This document shows, piece after piece, positions 9,357 to 19,549 of a stretch of 33,448 nucleotides of DNA. The DNA comes from an uncultured Methanosarcinales archaeon (GTDB lineage: Archaea; Nanobdellota; Nanobdellia; Woesearchaeales; CAZXZL01), in assembly GCA_964645415.1 (NCBI GenBank), contig CAZXZL010000006.1, positions 1 through 33,448 on the forward strand. The letters run 5' to 3'. Position 1 is the stretch's first letter. Every line of letters starts with the position of its first letter. Position numbers and translations under genes: made by a program. Under the pieces are notes generated by a model. The model was not told where the DNA came from. It was given only the letters and a program-made list of their open reading frames with translations, and did no database searches.

Positions 9357-11834
9357 ATGATACTAAAAAATTCAAAATTATTTTATCTAATGCTTATCTT
9401 TATATTATTGATTTTACCAATAGCCTTTTCTGTCGAAATAAATGTTAACTTATCTTCAAATGATGTTGAATTAGATAAAATCTCACCTTGGGCAAATTTT
9501 AATGTTTCATTATATCATGAATATTTTTGTTGTGATACAATACCTTCTGTTTTAGAATTTTCTCCTAAAAGTGATTGTGATGGGAGTAAGATAAAATATT
9601 ACTTTAATATTACTGACTTTAATAATAATAGTTATTTTGATTCTGAAATAGACCTTAGAAATAATAGAGATAATTTTTCAAATCTTAATTATGATTTTTC
9701 TTGTTATCAATCAAGGTTTATATTTAATTTTACACAACTTCCTTTTACTAATTCACCTCCTGGCTTAATGGAAATTCCTCTGGATATAGAAGGTCCTGAT
9801 GAATTTGAGATAGCTTCTTTTGATTCAACTTCTAATAATGAGTTTAAAGAAATTGAAATAACTCTTGAGAGTGATGAGTCATATGAATTTTTAGTTGAAA
9901 CTTTTAAAAAAGATTATTATGAGGTTGGATGTGATTTAGATTTTGAGACTTCAAAAGATTATTTTTATGTAAAAAATAATTCTTTTAGTAATTCTTTAAA
10001 AAAAGGTTATGTTTATTTAATTAATATTACTCCAATTGATATCTTAAATAATCATGGAGAAAAAACATCTAAAGAAATTAGAATTAGAGATGATTTACCT
10101 CCTTCTAAAGTTAATTTAAATGGAAATTATTTTAATAAAAAATTAACATTAAATTGGTCTGAGTCTGAAGATAATATTGGTATAAAAAGATATTTAGTTT
10201 ATCGTTCTGTTGATTCAAATGAATTTGAGAAAATAGATTCATCTGAAAATAACTCCTTTATTGATAATTATTTAACTCATGGTAAAAACCATTCTTATTT
10301 TATTAAACCTGTTGATTGTAGTGGTAATATAGGAAATAAATCAAATATATTTTCATATGAAATTGATAAAAAAGAACCAAAAATAAAAGATTATAACATT
10401 GATTATTTTAGAGATGGTGAGTTTACTCTTCATTTAAATTTAAGTAAGAACTTTAAACAAATTTATTTATTATCAGATGATTTTGATAAAAAAGATTCAA
10501 TTAACATTCAAAATTATTCATTAAATATTAATGATAATGATTACTTAACAAAATATAATTCTTTGAATTTAAATTTGTCTTATAATTTATTTGATAATAA
10601 ATCAAAATTTAATCTATCATTATTTATCGTTGATGATTTAGGTAATTATGGTATTTATAAAATTCCAGGTATAAAACCCATCTATGAAAAACCTAATGTT
10701 AGTTTTTCTTATAATAAAAGAGATTATTCTAATTATTTTACATTTATTTCAAATCGTGATGTTGATTGTAATTTGAATTTATTTAATAACTCTAATAAAA
10801 ATGTTAAAATAGCTCAAAATGAAATTTATAATGTTTTAGATAATTATCTTTTAAATAATACAAAGAAAAAATTTAATTTCACCTTAGAAAAAAATCAAAA
10901 GTTAAATTTTAGTTTATTTTTACTTCCTGAAAAGAACAATCTTGTTTTGGATTGTTATGATGACTATGGATATCATTTCTCTGAGGAAATCAAATTTAAT
11001 ATTTCAAACAATTTACCAATAGAAATCTTTTCGCCTAATAATTTATTAAATAACTCTAAATATATTTTTCTTAGTTTAAAACAAGATAGTTTTATATTGC
11101 ACCATAATAATTTTAATTTTACATTAAATGAATTCAATCAATATTTTAAAAATATTTTAAATGTTAGTTATAATTATGATTATCCTTTAAAAATAATTAA
11201 TCTTGAAGTATTAGATAAAAACTATTTTGAAGGAATGGAAGAATTTAGTTTTGATTTAATTTTACAGAATAAAAAATTCAATTATAAGTATAATATCACT
11301 AGTGTTGAAACTGTTTATTCTGAACCATTTAATTCTTCATGTTTATTATTTGATTTTTATTATGGAAATTGTTCTAATGAAGTAATTTCATATTTTCAAA
11401 AAGAATCTAATGGATTTATATTAACTCCATTTTTTATTTTTCCTGCTAGTTATTCTGGTTTAAGTACTTTTATATTTTCTTTAATCATACTTTCTAGTTT
11501 TTTATTAATATTTTATTTTTTAACATTTAGATCAAATTTAACTTTTTTTAATAATGGATCAAATAGAAGTGATGTTGTTTCTAAAAATAAAACTAAAAAC
11601 AATGAAACCTCCTTTAATGAAAATTCAAATAAAAAAGAAGATAAAAAACAAAGAGTTATTAATCAATGGATAGAAAGAGTTAAAGAAAAAGATGAAAAAA
11701 CTACCACTAATTTTAAAAAGGATAATAATTTTAAGAATAATGAAAGCTCTAGTTTTTTTATAAAAAATAACAATAAAAATAAGAAAAAGGATCTTTCTGA
11801 TGAGGATGATTTTATATTTCAGGAAGATTTATGA
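9357..11834 (+). CDS. Large secreted, membrane-anchored surface protein with fibronectin type III-like region
   Basis: Signal peptide; Fn3-like LNWSESEDNIGIKRYLVYRS...Y.IKPVD..GN.G..S; many N-x-S/T sequons; TM helix near residue 705-722; charged tail. Confidence 0.7.
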   Translation: MILKNSKLFYLMLIFILLILPIAFSVEINVNLSSNDVELDKISPWANFNVSLYHEYFCCDTIPSVLEFSPKSDCDGSKIKYYFNITDFNNNSYFDSEIDLRNNRDNFSNLNYDFSCYQSRFIFNFTQLPFTNSPPGLMEIPLDIEGPDEFEIASFDSTSNNEFKEIEITLESDESYEFLVETFKKDYYEVGCDLDFETSKDYFYVKNNSFSNSLKKGYVYLINITPIDILNNHGEKTSKEIRIRDDLPPSKVNLNGNYFNKKLTLNWSESEDNIGIKRYLVYRSVDSNEFEKIDSSENNSFIDNYLTHGKNHSYFIKPVDCSGNIGNKSNIFSYEIDKKEPKIKDYNIDYFRDGEFTLHLNLSKNFKQIYLLSDDFDKKDSINIQNYSLNINDNDYLTKYNSLNLNLSYNLFDNKSKFNLSLFIVDDLGNYGIYKIPGIKPIYEKPNVSFSYNKRDYSNYFTFISNRDVDCNLNLFNNSNKNVKIAQNEIYNVLDNYLLNNTKKKFNFTLEKNQKLNFSLFLLPEKNNLVLDCYDDYGYHFSEEIKFNISNNLPIEIFSPNNLLNNSKYIFLSLKQDSFILHHNNFNFTLNEFNQYFKNILNVSYNYDYPLKIINLEVLDKNYFEGMEEFSFDLILQNKKFNYKYNITSVETVYSEPFNSSCLLFDFYYGNCSNEVISYFQKESNGFILTPFFIFPASYSGLSTFIFSLIILSSFLLIFYFLTFRSNLTFFNNGSNRSDVVSKNKTKNNETSFNENSNKKEDKKQRVINQWIERVKEKDEKTTTNFKKDNNFKNNESSSFFIKNNNKNKKKDLSDEDDFIFQEDL

Positions 11835-11850
11835 TTTTAAGGTGATTATT

Positions 11851-12822
11851 TTGGCTAAAAATGATTTTCAATCAGATTTTGATGATTATATCAAAAATAG
11901 AAGAAAAATAACTCGAAGAAAAAAACAAAAAAAACAAAAAAAGAGAAAATCAAAAAGAAATAATAAACGTTCTTTTTTTAAAAGATTTAGTATTAGAGAT
12001 TTATTTCATGATAATGTTATAGATTATGATGGTGATATAAAAATAGTTGAAAGAGGTGAATTTAAACTTAAAAAGAAGTTTAAAGATCTTTTCTTTTCTG
12101 ATAATAATTTTCTTGAAGTTGATGATTCAAAGAATATTAGACCAAAATCATCTAAGAAAAAGAAATCTGATGATAAAAAATCTAAAAAACCTAAAGTTGT
12201 AAAAACGCAGAAAAGAAGTTTTATTAAAAATATAAATCCTTTTAAATCTTCAAAATCAAAAGAAATCATAAAAAATGAATCTGATGATGAAGAAGTAAAT
12301 TTAGAATCAGATCATTTAGAAGTAAATTTAGATTCTAATGAAGAACATGTTTCTGTTGTTGAAGTAGAAGATGAAAATTATTTTGATGTTTTAAAAGATA
12401 AAACATCTAATATATTAAGTGAATTTAAAAATATCTTTTCAAAATCAGATGAGAAAAATATTGTTTTAGATAATTTTGAAGAAAAATCTCTTAAAGAAAC
12501 TTATAGTATTTTAAATGACTTTGTTGATTCAGTTTCTCAACTTGATGAGAATGATAAAAAGGAATTAATGAATCATGATGATTTTCAATATTTATTAGAC
12601 CTTGAAGATAAAATAGAAAAAGATATTGAAGATATTGAAAAAGATATTGTGTTAAAAGAGAAAAATAAAGAAGATATTGAAGATATTGAAAAAGATTTAG
12701 ATGAAAAAGTTTCTTATTTGAATAAACTTATCAATAAATTCAGAGGATTTTTCAGAAATAATGATGATAGGATGGTTATTAACGTAGATGTTTCTGAAGT
12801 AGATATTGATGATAAAGATTAG
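11851..12822 (+). CDS. Hypothetical highly charged protein (basic N-half, acidic C-half)
   Basis: Long ORF in operon context. GGTGA at 11841 precedes TTG 11851, which avoids the overlap implied by ATG 11800. Confidence 0.75.
   Translation: MAKNDFQSDFDDYIKNRRKITRRKKQKKQKKRKSKRNNKRSFFKRFSIRDLFHDNVIDYDGDIKIVERGEFKLKKKFKDLFFSDNNFLEVDDSKNIRPKSSKKKKSDDKKSKKPKVVKTQKRSFIKNINPFKSSKSKEIIKNESDDEEVNLESDHLEVNLDSNEEHVSVVEVEDENYFDVLKDKTSNILSEFKNIFSKSDEKNIVLDNFEEKSLKETYSILNDFVDSVSQLDENDKKELMNHDDFQYLLDLEDKIEKDIEDIEKDIVLKEKNKEDIEDIEKDLDEKVSYLNKLINKFRGFFRNNDDRMVINVDVSEVDIDDKD
12620..12696 (+). repeat. In-frame 26-bp direct repeat AAGATATTGAAGATATTGAAAAAGAT (12620-12645 and 12671-12696)
   Basis: Read directly from the sequence; 51-bp spacing, encoding DIEDIEKD twice. 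Confidence 0.85.
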
Positions 12823-12845
12823 TTTTCTAATTTTTAGTGATTTTT

Positions 12846-13109
12846 ATGGTTGATAAAGATAATTTAGAAGATATTTCTTCAATATTAAGACGTTTTGAAA
12901 CATTTTATGTAAAAGTAAAGTTTAGTTCTGAATTTAAAATAATTAATTTAAATGAAGACCGTAAAACTTTAAAAGTTAGCTTAAGTCAAAAACCAAAGAA
13001 TAACAAAGCGAATATTGAATTAATTGAAAATTTAGAAAAATTAGGTGTTAATGTTAAAATAATTTCTGGATTCAATTCTAGAAAAAAATATTTAAAAGTA
13101 TTAAAATAG
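12846..13109 (+). CDS. DUF167 (UPF0235/YggU) family protein
   Basis: LKV.L...P..NKAN.ELI..L...V.IISG.NSR.K signature. Confidence 0.8.
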   Translation: MVDKDNLEDISSILRRFETFYVKVKFSSEFKIINLNEDRKTLKVSLSQKPKNNKANIELIENLEKLGVNVKIISGFNSRKKYLKVLK

Positions 13110-13119
13110 GTGTATAATT

Positions 13120-14406
13120 ATGGAAATTAAATTTCACGGAGCGGCAAGAGAAGTAGGAAGAAGTTCAATTAAAGTATCTTCTAAGGAAGCAGATATTTTA
13201 TTAGATTGTGGTATTAAACTTGATCCTATGGGTGTTATATACCCATATGAATTAGATGATTTAGTTGATGTTGATGAAATATTTATCAGTCATGCTCATT
13301 TAGATCATACTGGAGCTTTACCATTTTTAAATTATTATGGAAATAAATCAAGAATTTTTTCAACGAAAATGACTAAAAAAGTAGCAGAGATTCTTTTAAA
13401 AGATTCTTATAAAATTTCTAAAATTGAAAATCATAAACTTCCATATTCATCAAAGAATATTAAAAGTGTATTAGATAGATTTGAGGATTATCTTCAATTT
13501 AATAAGACTTATAGTATAAGAAAAGATTTAGATGTAGAAGTATTTGATTCTGGTCATATCCCTGGTAGCTGTTCATTCTTATTTAACTTTAAAAAAGAAG
13601 GAAAGACTTTACTTTATACAGGAGACTTTAATACAACTAAAACTAAATTACTTTCAGGATCAAAATTTGAAAAATTAAAAGAAAGAGATGTTGATGTTTT
13701 AATTACAGAAAGTACTTATGGTGATAAATCTCATCCTAATAGAGATGAAACTGTAAAAAGATTCAAAGAATTAATTAAAAAGAGAACAGAAGTAGGACCT
13801 GTTTTGATTCCAGTATTTGCTGTTGGAAGATCTCAAGAAATATTAATGACTGTTTCTGAAATGGATTTAGATGTTCCTATTTATTTTGATGGTATGGCAA
13901 AACAAGTTACTAAAATTTATATGAAACATCCTGAATTTGTTAGAGATATAAAAGAATTAAAGAAAGCTTCATCATCTGTTAATTTTGCAAATAGGAGTTT
14001 AGACTATAGTAAACTTTCAAATGAGAGATGTGTCTTTATTACAACTTCTGGAATGATTTCTGGAGGTCCTTCATTAAGTATTTTTGAAGATATCTTTAAA
14101 AATCCTGAGGCTACAGTGTTACTAACTGGTTATCAAGCAGAAGAAACTCATGGTAGAGATCTACTTGAAGATGGTATTTTTGAAAAAGATGGTGTTGAAA
14201 AGAAAGTTCAATGTTTATATGAAAAATTTGATTTTTCAGCACATACTGGTTTAGATGATCTCAAAAAAACTATTGATGATATATCTCCTAAAAAAGTAAT
14301 TATTCAACATGGAGATGAAAGTTCTGGTGAGAATTTTAAAAATTATTTAGATGAAAAAGGAATTGAATCAATTTTACCAAAAATAGGAGAATCAATTAAG
14401 ATTTGA
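13120..14406 (+). CDS. Metallo-beta-lactamase beta-CASP ribonuclease (aCPSF2-like, no KH domains)
   Basis: GAAREVGRS, LDCG, SHAHLDH, GHIPGS, YTGD, ESTYG, FSAH and HGD motifs. Confidence 0.9.
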   Translation: MEIKFHGAAREVGRSSIKVSSKEADILLDCGIKLDPMGVIYPYELDDLVDVDEIFISHAHLDHTGALPFLNYYGNKSRIFSTKMTKKVAEILLKDSYKISKIENHKLPYSSKNIKSVLDRFEDYLQFNKTYSIRKDLDVEVFDSGHIPGSCSFLFNFKKEGKTLLYTGDFNTTKTKLLSGSKFEKLKERDVDVLITESTYGDKSHPNRDETVKRFKELIKKRTEVGPVLIPVFAVGRSQEILMTVSEMDLDVPIYFDGMAKQVTKIYMKHPEFVRDIKELKKASSSVNFANRSLDYSKLSNERCVFITTSGMISGGPSLSIFEDIFKNPEATVLLTGYQAEETHGRDLLEDGIFEKDGVEKKVQCLYEKFDFSAHTGLDDLKKTIDDISPKKVIIQHGDESSGENFKNYLDEKGIESILPKIGESIKI

Positions 14407-14466
14407 TTTCTTATTTAATTAAATTTATATAATGAATCTTTGTTTTAATAAATAGTATTATTAAAA

Positions 14467-15132
14467 ATGGCTAAAGAAATCAAAGAAGATAAAAAAATAC
14501 GATTAAAAAAAGCATCATTGTTCAAAAGATTTATTGCTTATTTAATTGATATTACTATAATTAATCTAATTGTTACATTTGCTTTAGGAGATAGATTGAT
14601 TGAGCTTTTAGATGGTAGTTTTAATATTTTTTCTCCTTCATCAGAAATTCTTTTTTATACAACTATTTTTTCTTTAGCTATGTTTATTTATTTTACTTTA
14701 TCAGAATTTTTTACTTTTCAAACAATTGGAAAATCAATAATGAATCTTCATGTTATTCCTATTAACTATTATTATTTGTTTAATTCAGATATTTCTAAGA
14801 AAGTTTTTGATTTTAATCCTTTAGAATCTGATTCAAAAATAACTCAAATAAAAAAAGATGATAAAAAATCTAAAAAAGAAGATAAAAACTCTTCTGATGA
14901 TTCTAATGAAGATCTTAGTAAAAAAATAACATTATTGTCTGGTCTTTTTCGAGGTAATTTATCTGTACTGTCTTCAATAATCCGTTCTATATATTTACTG
15001 CCTTTATTTAGTTTTATTTCAACCTTAGATTTTCTCTTTATATTTTTTACACGTTTAAATCAAAGAATACTTGAATTTGCAAGTAAAACTGTAGTTGTTG
15101 AATTTAGTTATGAGGAAGAACTGGTCATTTAA
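14467..15132 (+). CDS. RDD family membrane protein
   Basis: ASLFKRFIAYLID, QTIGK..M.L.V and QR..E..SKT.VV motifs with TM helices. Confidence 0.85.
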   Translation: MAKEIKEDKKIRLKKASLFKRFIAYLIDITIINLIVTFALGDRLIELLDGSFNIFSPSSEILFYTTIFSLAMFIYFTLSEFFTFQTIGKSIMNLHVIPINYYYLFNSDISKKVFDFNPLESDSKITQIKKDDKKSKKEDKNSSDDSNEDLSKKITLLSGLFRGNLSVLSSIIRSIYLLPLFSFISTLDFLFIFFTRLNQRILEFASKTVVVEFSYEEELVI

Positions 15133-15133
15133 T

Positions 15134-15508
15134 ATGGTTGAAATAGATAAATTAGGAAATGTGCAACGTATTTTTGGGATGATTGTTATAACCATAGGGT
15201 GGTTTTTTGCGGTTGGATATATTATGATATTTGAAACTCCTGATGTTTTATCACCATATGTAATTAGAGAAGAAATAAATATGGATGTATATGTGAGATG
15301 TTATACTGGAGATGATGTTGTACCAAATGATATTATAGATGTTGATCAGATATCTGGATCTAGTGTTGAAATAGACAATATTTGTGATGATTATTGTAAT
15401 CAATCTTCACTTGGTGAAGGTAATATTAGAGATACTCAAAGTATGTTTTTATTAGATCACTTAGATGAAGATGTATGTCTTTGCTCAGATTCAAGTGATT
15501 ATTGTTAA
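15134..15508 (+). CDS. Hypothetical single-pass membrane protein with acidic Cys-rich domain
   Basis: ATG immediately after the RDD stop; one TM helix; six Cys in an acidic C-terminal region. Confidence 0.7.
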   Translation: MVEIDKLGNVQRIFGMIVITIGWFFAVGYIMIFETPDVLSPYVIREEINMDVYVRCYTGDDVVPNDIIDVDQISGSSVEIDNICDDYCNQSSLGEGNIRDTQSMFLLDHLDEDVCLCSDSSDYC

Positions 15509-15537
15509 AATTAAGGTTTTTTTAAAGAGGTGTTATT

Positions 15538-16440
15538 ATGAATCGTTTAAAAATTAATAAAAAAAATAATTGGTTAACTTATATTTTAGTATTGCTTGGT
15601 GTATTTATTTTTGTACTTGTTTATTCTTCTATGTCTGCTCCCTCAGGAAATGTTCCAATCATAAATATTGATGGTCTAATACAGTTTTCATCAGGAGATA
15701 TGTTTTCAACTTCTAGTAGCTTTATTGAAGAAAAAATTTATGACTTGGCTGATGATCCTAATGTTGAAGGTATGATATTAAGAATTAATTCTCCTGGTGG
15801 AACTCCTGTTGCATCTAATAGAATCTCAAATGCTGTTGAATATTTTTCAAATCAAAATAAAACAGTTGTTTCTGTAATAGATGAAATGGGTGCTTCTGGA
15901 GCATATCTTATTGCTTCTGCATCAGATAAAATATTTTTAGATGAGATGTCTATTGTTGGTAGTATTGGTGTTAAATCATCTAGGTTATCTTTAGAAGGTC
16001 TTTTAAGAGACTATAATATTTCTTATTATTCTATGAGTTCTGGTGATTACAAAGATTTTGGTGATGTGCTTGTTGAACCAACTGATGAAGAATTAGAGGC
16101 AATGAAAGGAATTTCAGAAGATTTACATACAAAATTCTCAAACATTGTTATGGAAAATAGGAATATCTCTAAAAACTTTGCTGAAGAAAATAATTTATTT
16201 TCTGGGCTTATCTTTTTAGGTAGTGATGCTATTGAATATGATTTAGTTGATTCTATTGGTGGAATGAAAGAAGCTGAAGACTATCTTTATAATGACTTAA
16301 ATCAAACACTATTAACTTATCCTGTTAGGAGAGATAGAGGTTTTTTTGAAAGTGCTTACGGTTTTACTAAAAATATAATTAGTGAGGACTATTTAAATCT
16401 TAATTTACGTTCTCCATTTTTATTTGTTTTTGATAGGTGA
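15538..16440 (+). CDS. sppA: Signal peptide peptidase SppA (S49, short type)
   Basis: N-terminal TM; INSPGG, GASGAY.IA and VGSIGV motifs; SG.YKD; GAGGTG Shine-Dalgarno. Confidence 0.9.
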   Translation: MNRLKINKKNNWLTYILVLLGVFIFVLVYSSMSAPSGNVPIINIDGLIQFSSGDMFSTSSSFIEEKIYDLADDPNVEGMILRINSPGGTPVASNRISNAVEYFSNQNKTVVSVIDEMGASGAYLIASASDKIFLDEMSIVGSIGVKSSRLSLEGLLRDYNISYYSMSSGDYKDFGDVLVEPTDEELEAMKGISEDLHTKFSNIVMENRNISKNFAEENNLFSGLIFLGSDAIEYDLVDSIGGMKEAEDYLYNDLNQTLLTYPVRRDRGFFESAYGFTKNIISEDYLNLNLRSPFLFVFDR

Positions 16441-16445
16441 TTTTT

Positions 16446-17345
16446 TTGAAAATAGAAAATATCAATAAAAAAGATTGGTTAAAAGCTGGAAAATTGTCTC
16501 GTGATGTTTTAAATTATGGTAAAAAGAAGATTAAAAACGTTTCTGAAGTTCTTGAACTTGTTAATCAAATGGAAGAAAAATTATATTCATTAGATTCTAA
16601 TGCTTCCTTTGCTTTTCCGATTAATGTTTCAATTAATGATTGTGCTGCTCATGATTCTGCCAGATATAAGGATAAAAGAGAAGTTTTTGGTTTAGTTAAG
16701 TTAGATGTAGGTGTTGAATATAATGGTGCTATTGGTGATAATGCTGGAACTATTGACTTATCAGATGAAGATAATTCTAATTTAGTTAATGCTTCAAAAA
16801 ATGCTTTAAATAAAGCAAAAGAATTGATTATGAGTAATGAAACTTCAATTGATGAAATTTCAAAAAATATTGAAAGAGAAATAAAAAAACATGATGTAAA
16901 ACCAATATCTAATTTAATGGGTCATGGTTTAGGTATCAATACTGTTCATACTGACCCAAAAATACCTAATATGTTTACTGGAAAAAATAAATCTTTAGAA
17001 AATAATAGTTTTTTTGCAGTTGAACCTTTTGCGTCAACAGGTGCTGGTTATGTCAAAGAAAAAGGTACTGCCGAGATTTATTCAATAACACAATATAAGC
17101 CTTTAAGAAGTACATTTTCAAGGAAAATTTCTACTTTTATTAAGAAAAATTATGGGAAAAAACCTTTTTCAAAAAGATGGATTATAAATGAATTTGGAAA
17201 AGGTAAAACAAATCTTGCTTTTAAACAAATGAAAAATAAGGATATGATTAAAGACTATCCTCCACTTTATGATCAAGATCTTGTTTCACAATCAGAACAT
17301 ACCTTTGGTATTATTGATGGTAATGTTTTTTGTACAACTAATTAA
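16446..17345 (+). CDS. map: Methionine aminopeptidase type II
   Basis: AFP.N.S.N..AAH, KLD.G, GD.A, GH, EPF and EHT metal-binding motifs with the helical insert. GGTGA at 16436 precedes TTG 16446. Confidence 0.95.
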   Translation: MKIENINKKDWLKAGKLSRDVLNYGKKKIKNVSEVLELVNQMEEKLYSLDSNASFAFPINVSINDCAAHDSARYKDKREVFGLVKLDVGVEYNGAIGDNAGTIDLSDEDNSNLVNASKNALNKAKELIMSNETSIDEISKNIEREIKKHDVKPISNLMGHGLGINTVHTDPKIPNMFTGKNKSLENNSFFAVEPFASTGAGYVKEKGTAEIYSITQYKPLRSTFSRKISTFIKKNYGKKPFSKRWIINEFGKGKTNLAFKQMKNKDMIKDYPPLYDQDLVSQSEHTFGIIDGNVFCTTN

Positions 17346-17425
17346 TTTTTTTATTTTTTTAAAATCATTATTCTTAAGTAATAATTTGAGTAACATTTAA
17401 AAAATAAGAATATCTCATAACATTA

Positions 17426-18646
17426 ATGATTGAATTTAATAATAAAAAACTAGAGAAAAAAGTAGAAAAAACATCTAAAGAAGTAGTTAATTTGTTAAAT
17501 AGTAAATTAAAAAAAGCAAAGTGTTTACTTGGGGGAAGTGTTGCTAAAGGAACTTATTTATATGATGATATTGATTTTGATCTTTTCATTATGTTTGAAG
17601 AAGAAATTGATACTAATTATTTAAAAAATACTTTAAAAAAAATATTCCCTAATTATGCTATTAAAACATTACATGGTACAAGAGATTACTTTCAAATAGA
17701 ATATAAAGGTTTTACACTTGAATTTGTTCCTACTTTATACCATGAAAATCCAAATAACTGTGAAAATAGTATTGATATAAGTGTTTTTCATATTGAGTGG
17801 TTTTTAGAAAAAAAGAAAAAGATAGAAAATCTTTCTAATGAGGTTAGAAAAACTAAATTATTTTTTAAGTCTAATTATTTATATGGTGCAGAAAGTCATA
17901 TTGGTGGTTTTTCAGGACATGTTATTGATTCTTTAATTGTTTACTATAAATCTTTTAATAACTTAATTGAATCAGCAAAAAATTGGTCGGAAAAAGTAGT
18001 AATTGATGTTGAAAAACATTATTCTAATTCTAAAGAAATTTTTAATAATTTAAGTTCAGGAAAATTATACTCGCCATTAATTCTTGTTGATCCTGTTTTG
18101 AAGTCAAGAAATGCAGCAGCAGCTTTGTCTAAAAATAAATTTGATGAATTTATATATTTAGCAAATGAATATTTTAAATCACCAAGTCTTAATTTTTTTA
18201 AAAAAACTGAACCAAAAATAGATAAATCTAATACATTAGTATTTGATGTAAAATGGAAAGATGGAAATAAAGATGTATCTGGGTCAAAAGTAAAAAAAAT
18301 ATTTGATGTAATTAAATATGATTTAAAAGAGAAAAATTATGAGATTAAATTTGATTTTTGGAATTATGAGAATTCTTTTTGGATCTTATTAAATGATTAT
18401 CAGGATGATTATGTTAGAAGAGGTCCTCCTTTAAATCTCAAAACTAATGTTAAAAAATTCAAAAGTAAACATGATGAATCATCTTTTTTTAAGGAAGATG
18501 GTAGAATATTTGCAAATATTAAAAGGAAAAAAAATCCTTTTGAGATTGTATTAAATAGAAGTGATTTTATTAGGGAACGAGTTAAAGAGTTAAATATAAA
18601 ATATTTTATTAATAATAATTTAAAATATGAAAAAACTATTAAATGA
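17426..18646 (+). CDS. cca: Archaeal (class I) CCA-adding enzyme
   Basis: GS.AKGT.L..D.D.DLF nucleotidyltransferase motif, YGAES...GFSG, DPV...RNAAAALS and GPP. Confidence 0.92.
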   Translation: MIEFNNKKLEKKVEKTSKEVVNLLNSKLKKAKCLLGGSVAKGTYLYDDIDFDLFIMFEEEIDTNYLKNTLKKIFPNYAIKTLHGTRDYFQIEYKGFTLEFVPTLYHENPNNCENSIDISVFHIEWFLEKKKKIENLSNEVRKTKLFFKSNYLYGAESHIGGFSGHVIDSLIVYYKSFNNLIESAKNWSEKVVIDVEKHYSNSKEIFNNLSSGKLYSPLILVDPVLKSRNAAAALSKNKFDEFIYLANEYFKSPSLNFFKKTEPKIDKSNTLVFDVKWKDGNKDVSGSKVKKIFDVIKYDLKEKNYEIKFDFWNYENSFWILLNDYQDDYVRRGPPLNLKTNVKKFKSKHDESSFFKEDGRIFANIKRKKNPFEIVLNRSDFIRERVKELNIKYFINNNLKYEKTIK

Positions 18647-18788
18647 AAAATTATCTTAAAGAAAGTTTTATATAGTTTTATCTTGATATAAATAATAGAA
18701 TATAATCAACAAAAAAATATTTAAATGAATGATTATACTATAAAATATATGTTTAAGTATTTGTTTTTAATTAAGTGAGGGTTTGGGG

Positions 18789-19070
18789 ATGACAGAAGAT
18801 AAAGAATTATTTTCAACAATTTTTAAGGATAAACCTGCATTACTTCTTGCAGAATTATATCGATCTAGGAATGGTGATGACTTATATGGTTCAACAATTG
18901 CAAAAAAAATTGATTGTACATATTCTCATGTTGTAAAAATATTACAAATTATTGAGGAACATAATCTTGTTGAATTTAATAGATCTGGTCGATTAAAACT
19001 TGTAAATTTAACGAATAGAGGAGAAAAAATAGCAAAAAAAATTGAAGAGATAAGAAATATTTTAGATTAA
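18789..19070 (+). CDS. Winged-helix (MarR-like) transcriptional regulator
   Basis: KP...L, IAKKIDCTYSHVVKIL HTH and GR...V.LT.RG wing; GTGAGG Shine-Dalgarno at 18775. Confidence 0.8.
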   Translation: MTEDKELFSTIFKDKPALLLAELYRSRNGDDLYGSTIAKKIDCTYSHVVKILQIIEEHNLVEFNRSGRLKLVNLTNRGEKIAKKIEEIRNILD

Positions 19071-19071
19071 A

Positions 19072-19515
19072 ATGGTTTTAATTACTCTTTTTCAATTTAT
19101 CGGATTGATTATTGTTTTTGTTCTTCCAGGTTTTCTTTCTAGTTTTTTTATATTTGACGGTTTGAAACTTTTAGAAAGATTATTAATAGGTTATGCTTTA
19201 TCTATTCCAATTTTTATTATTTTATATATAATTGACTTATATATTATTAGTTTTTTATTTGAAAGTCGTTATTTTAGTTTATTTTTTCTTTATATTCTAA
19301 CAATAATAGCTTTAGTTTATTTTTTAGAAGATATTATCTCAAATGCTAAATTTTTATGTAAAATAAGAAATAAATTTAGTTCTATTTTTAAAACTAATTC
19401 AAATAACTTTAAAGATAATTCATCGAAAGATAAAAGTAAAAATTTAAGTTCAAATGATGATACTCTTTCTAAAGAAGAAATGAAAAAAGTTGAAAAAATG
19501 ACAAAGAAGAATTAA
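19072..19515 (+). CDS. Membrane protein (DUF1616-like N-terminus)
   Basis: FVLPGF....F.....LERL..G.ALSI pattern with three TM helices. Confidence 0.6.
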   Translation: MVLITLFQFIGLIIVFVLPGFLSSFFIFDGLKLLERLLIGYALSIPIFIILYIIDLYIISFLFESRYFSLFFLYILTIIALVYFLEDIISNAKFLCKIRNKFSSIFKTNSNNFKDNSSKDKSKNLSSNDDTLSKEEMKKVEKMTKKN

Positions 19516-19549
19516 ATTATCTTTATCATTTTTTAATTTATATCAAAGA

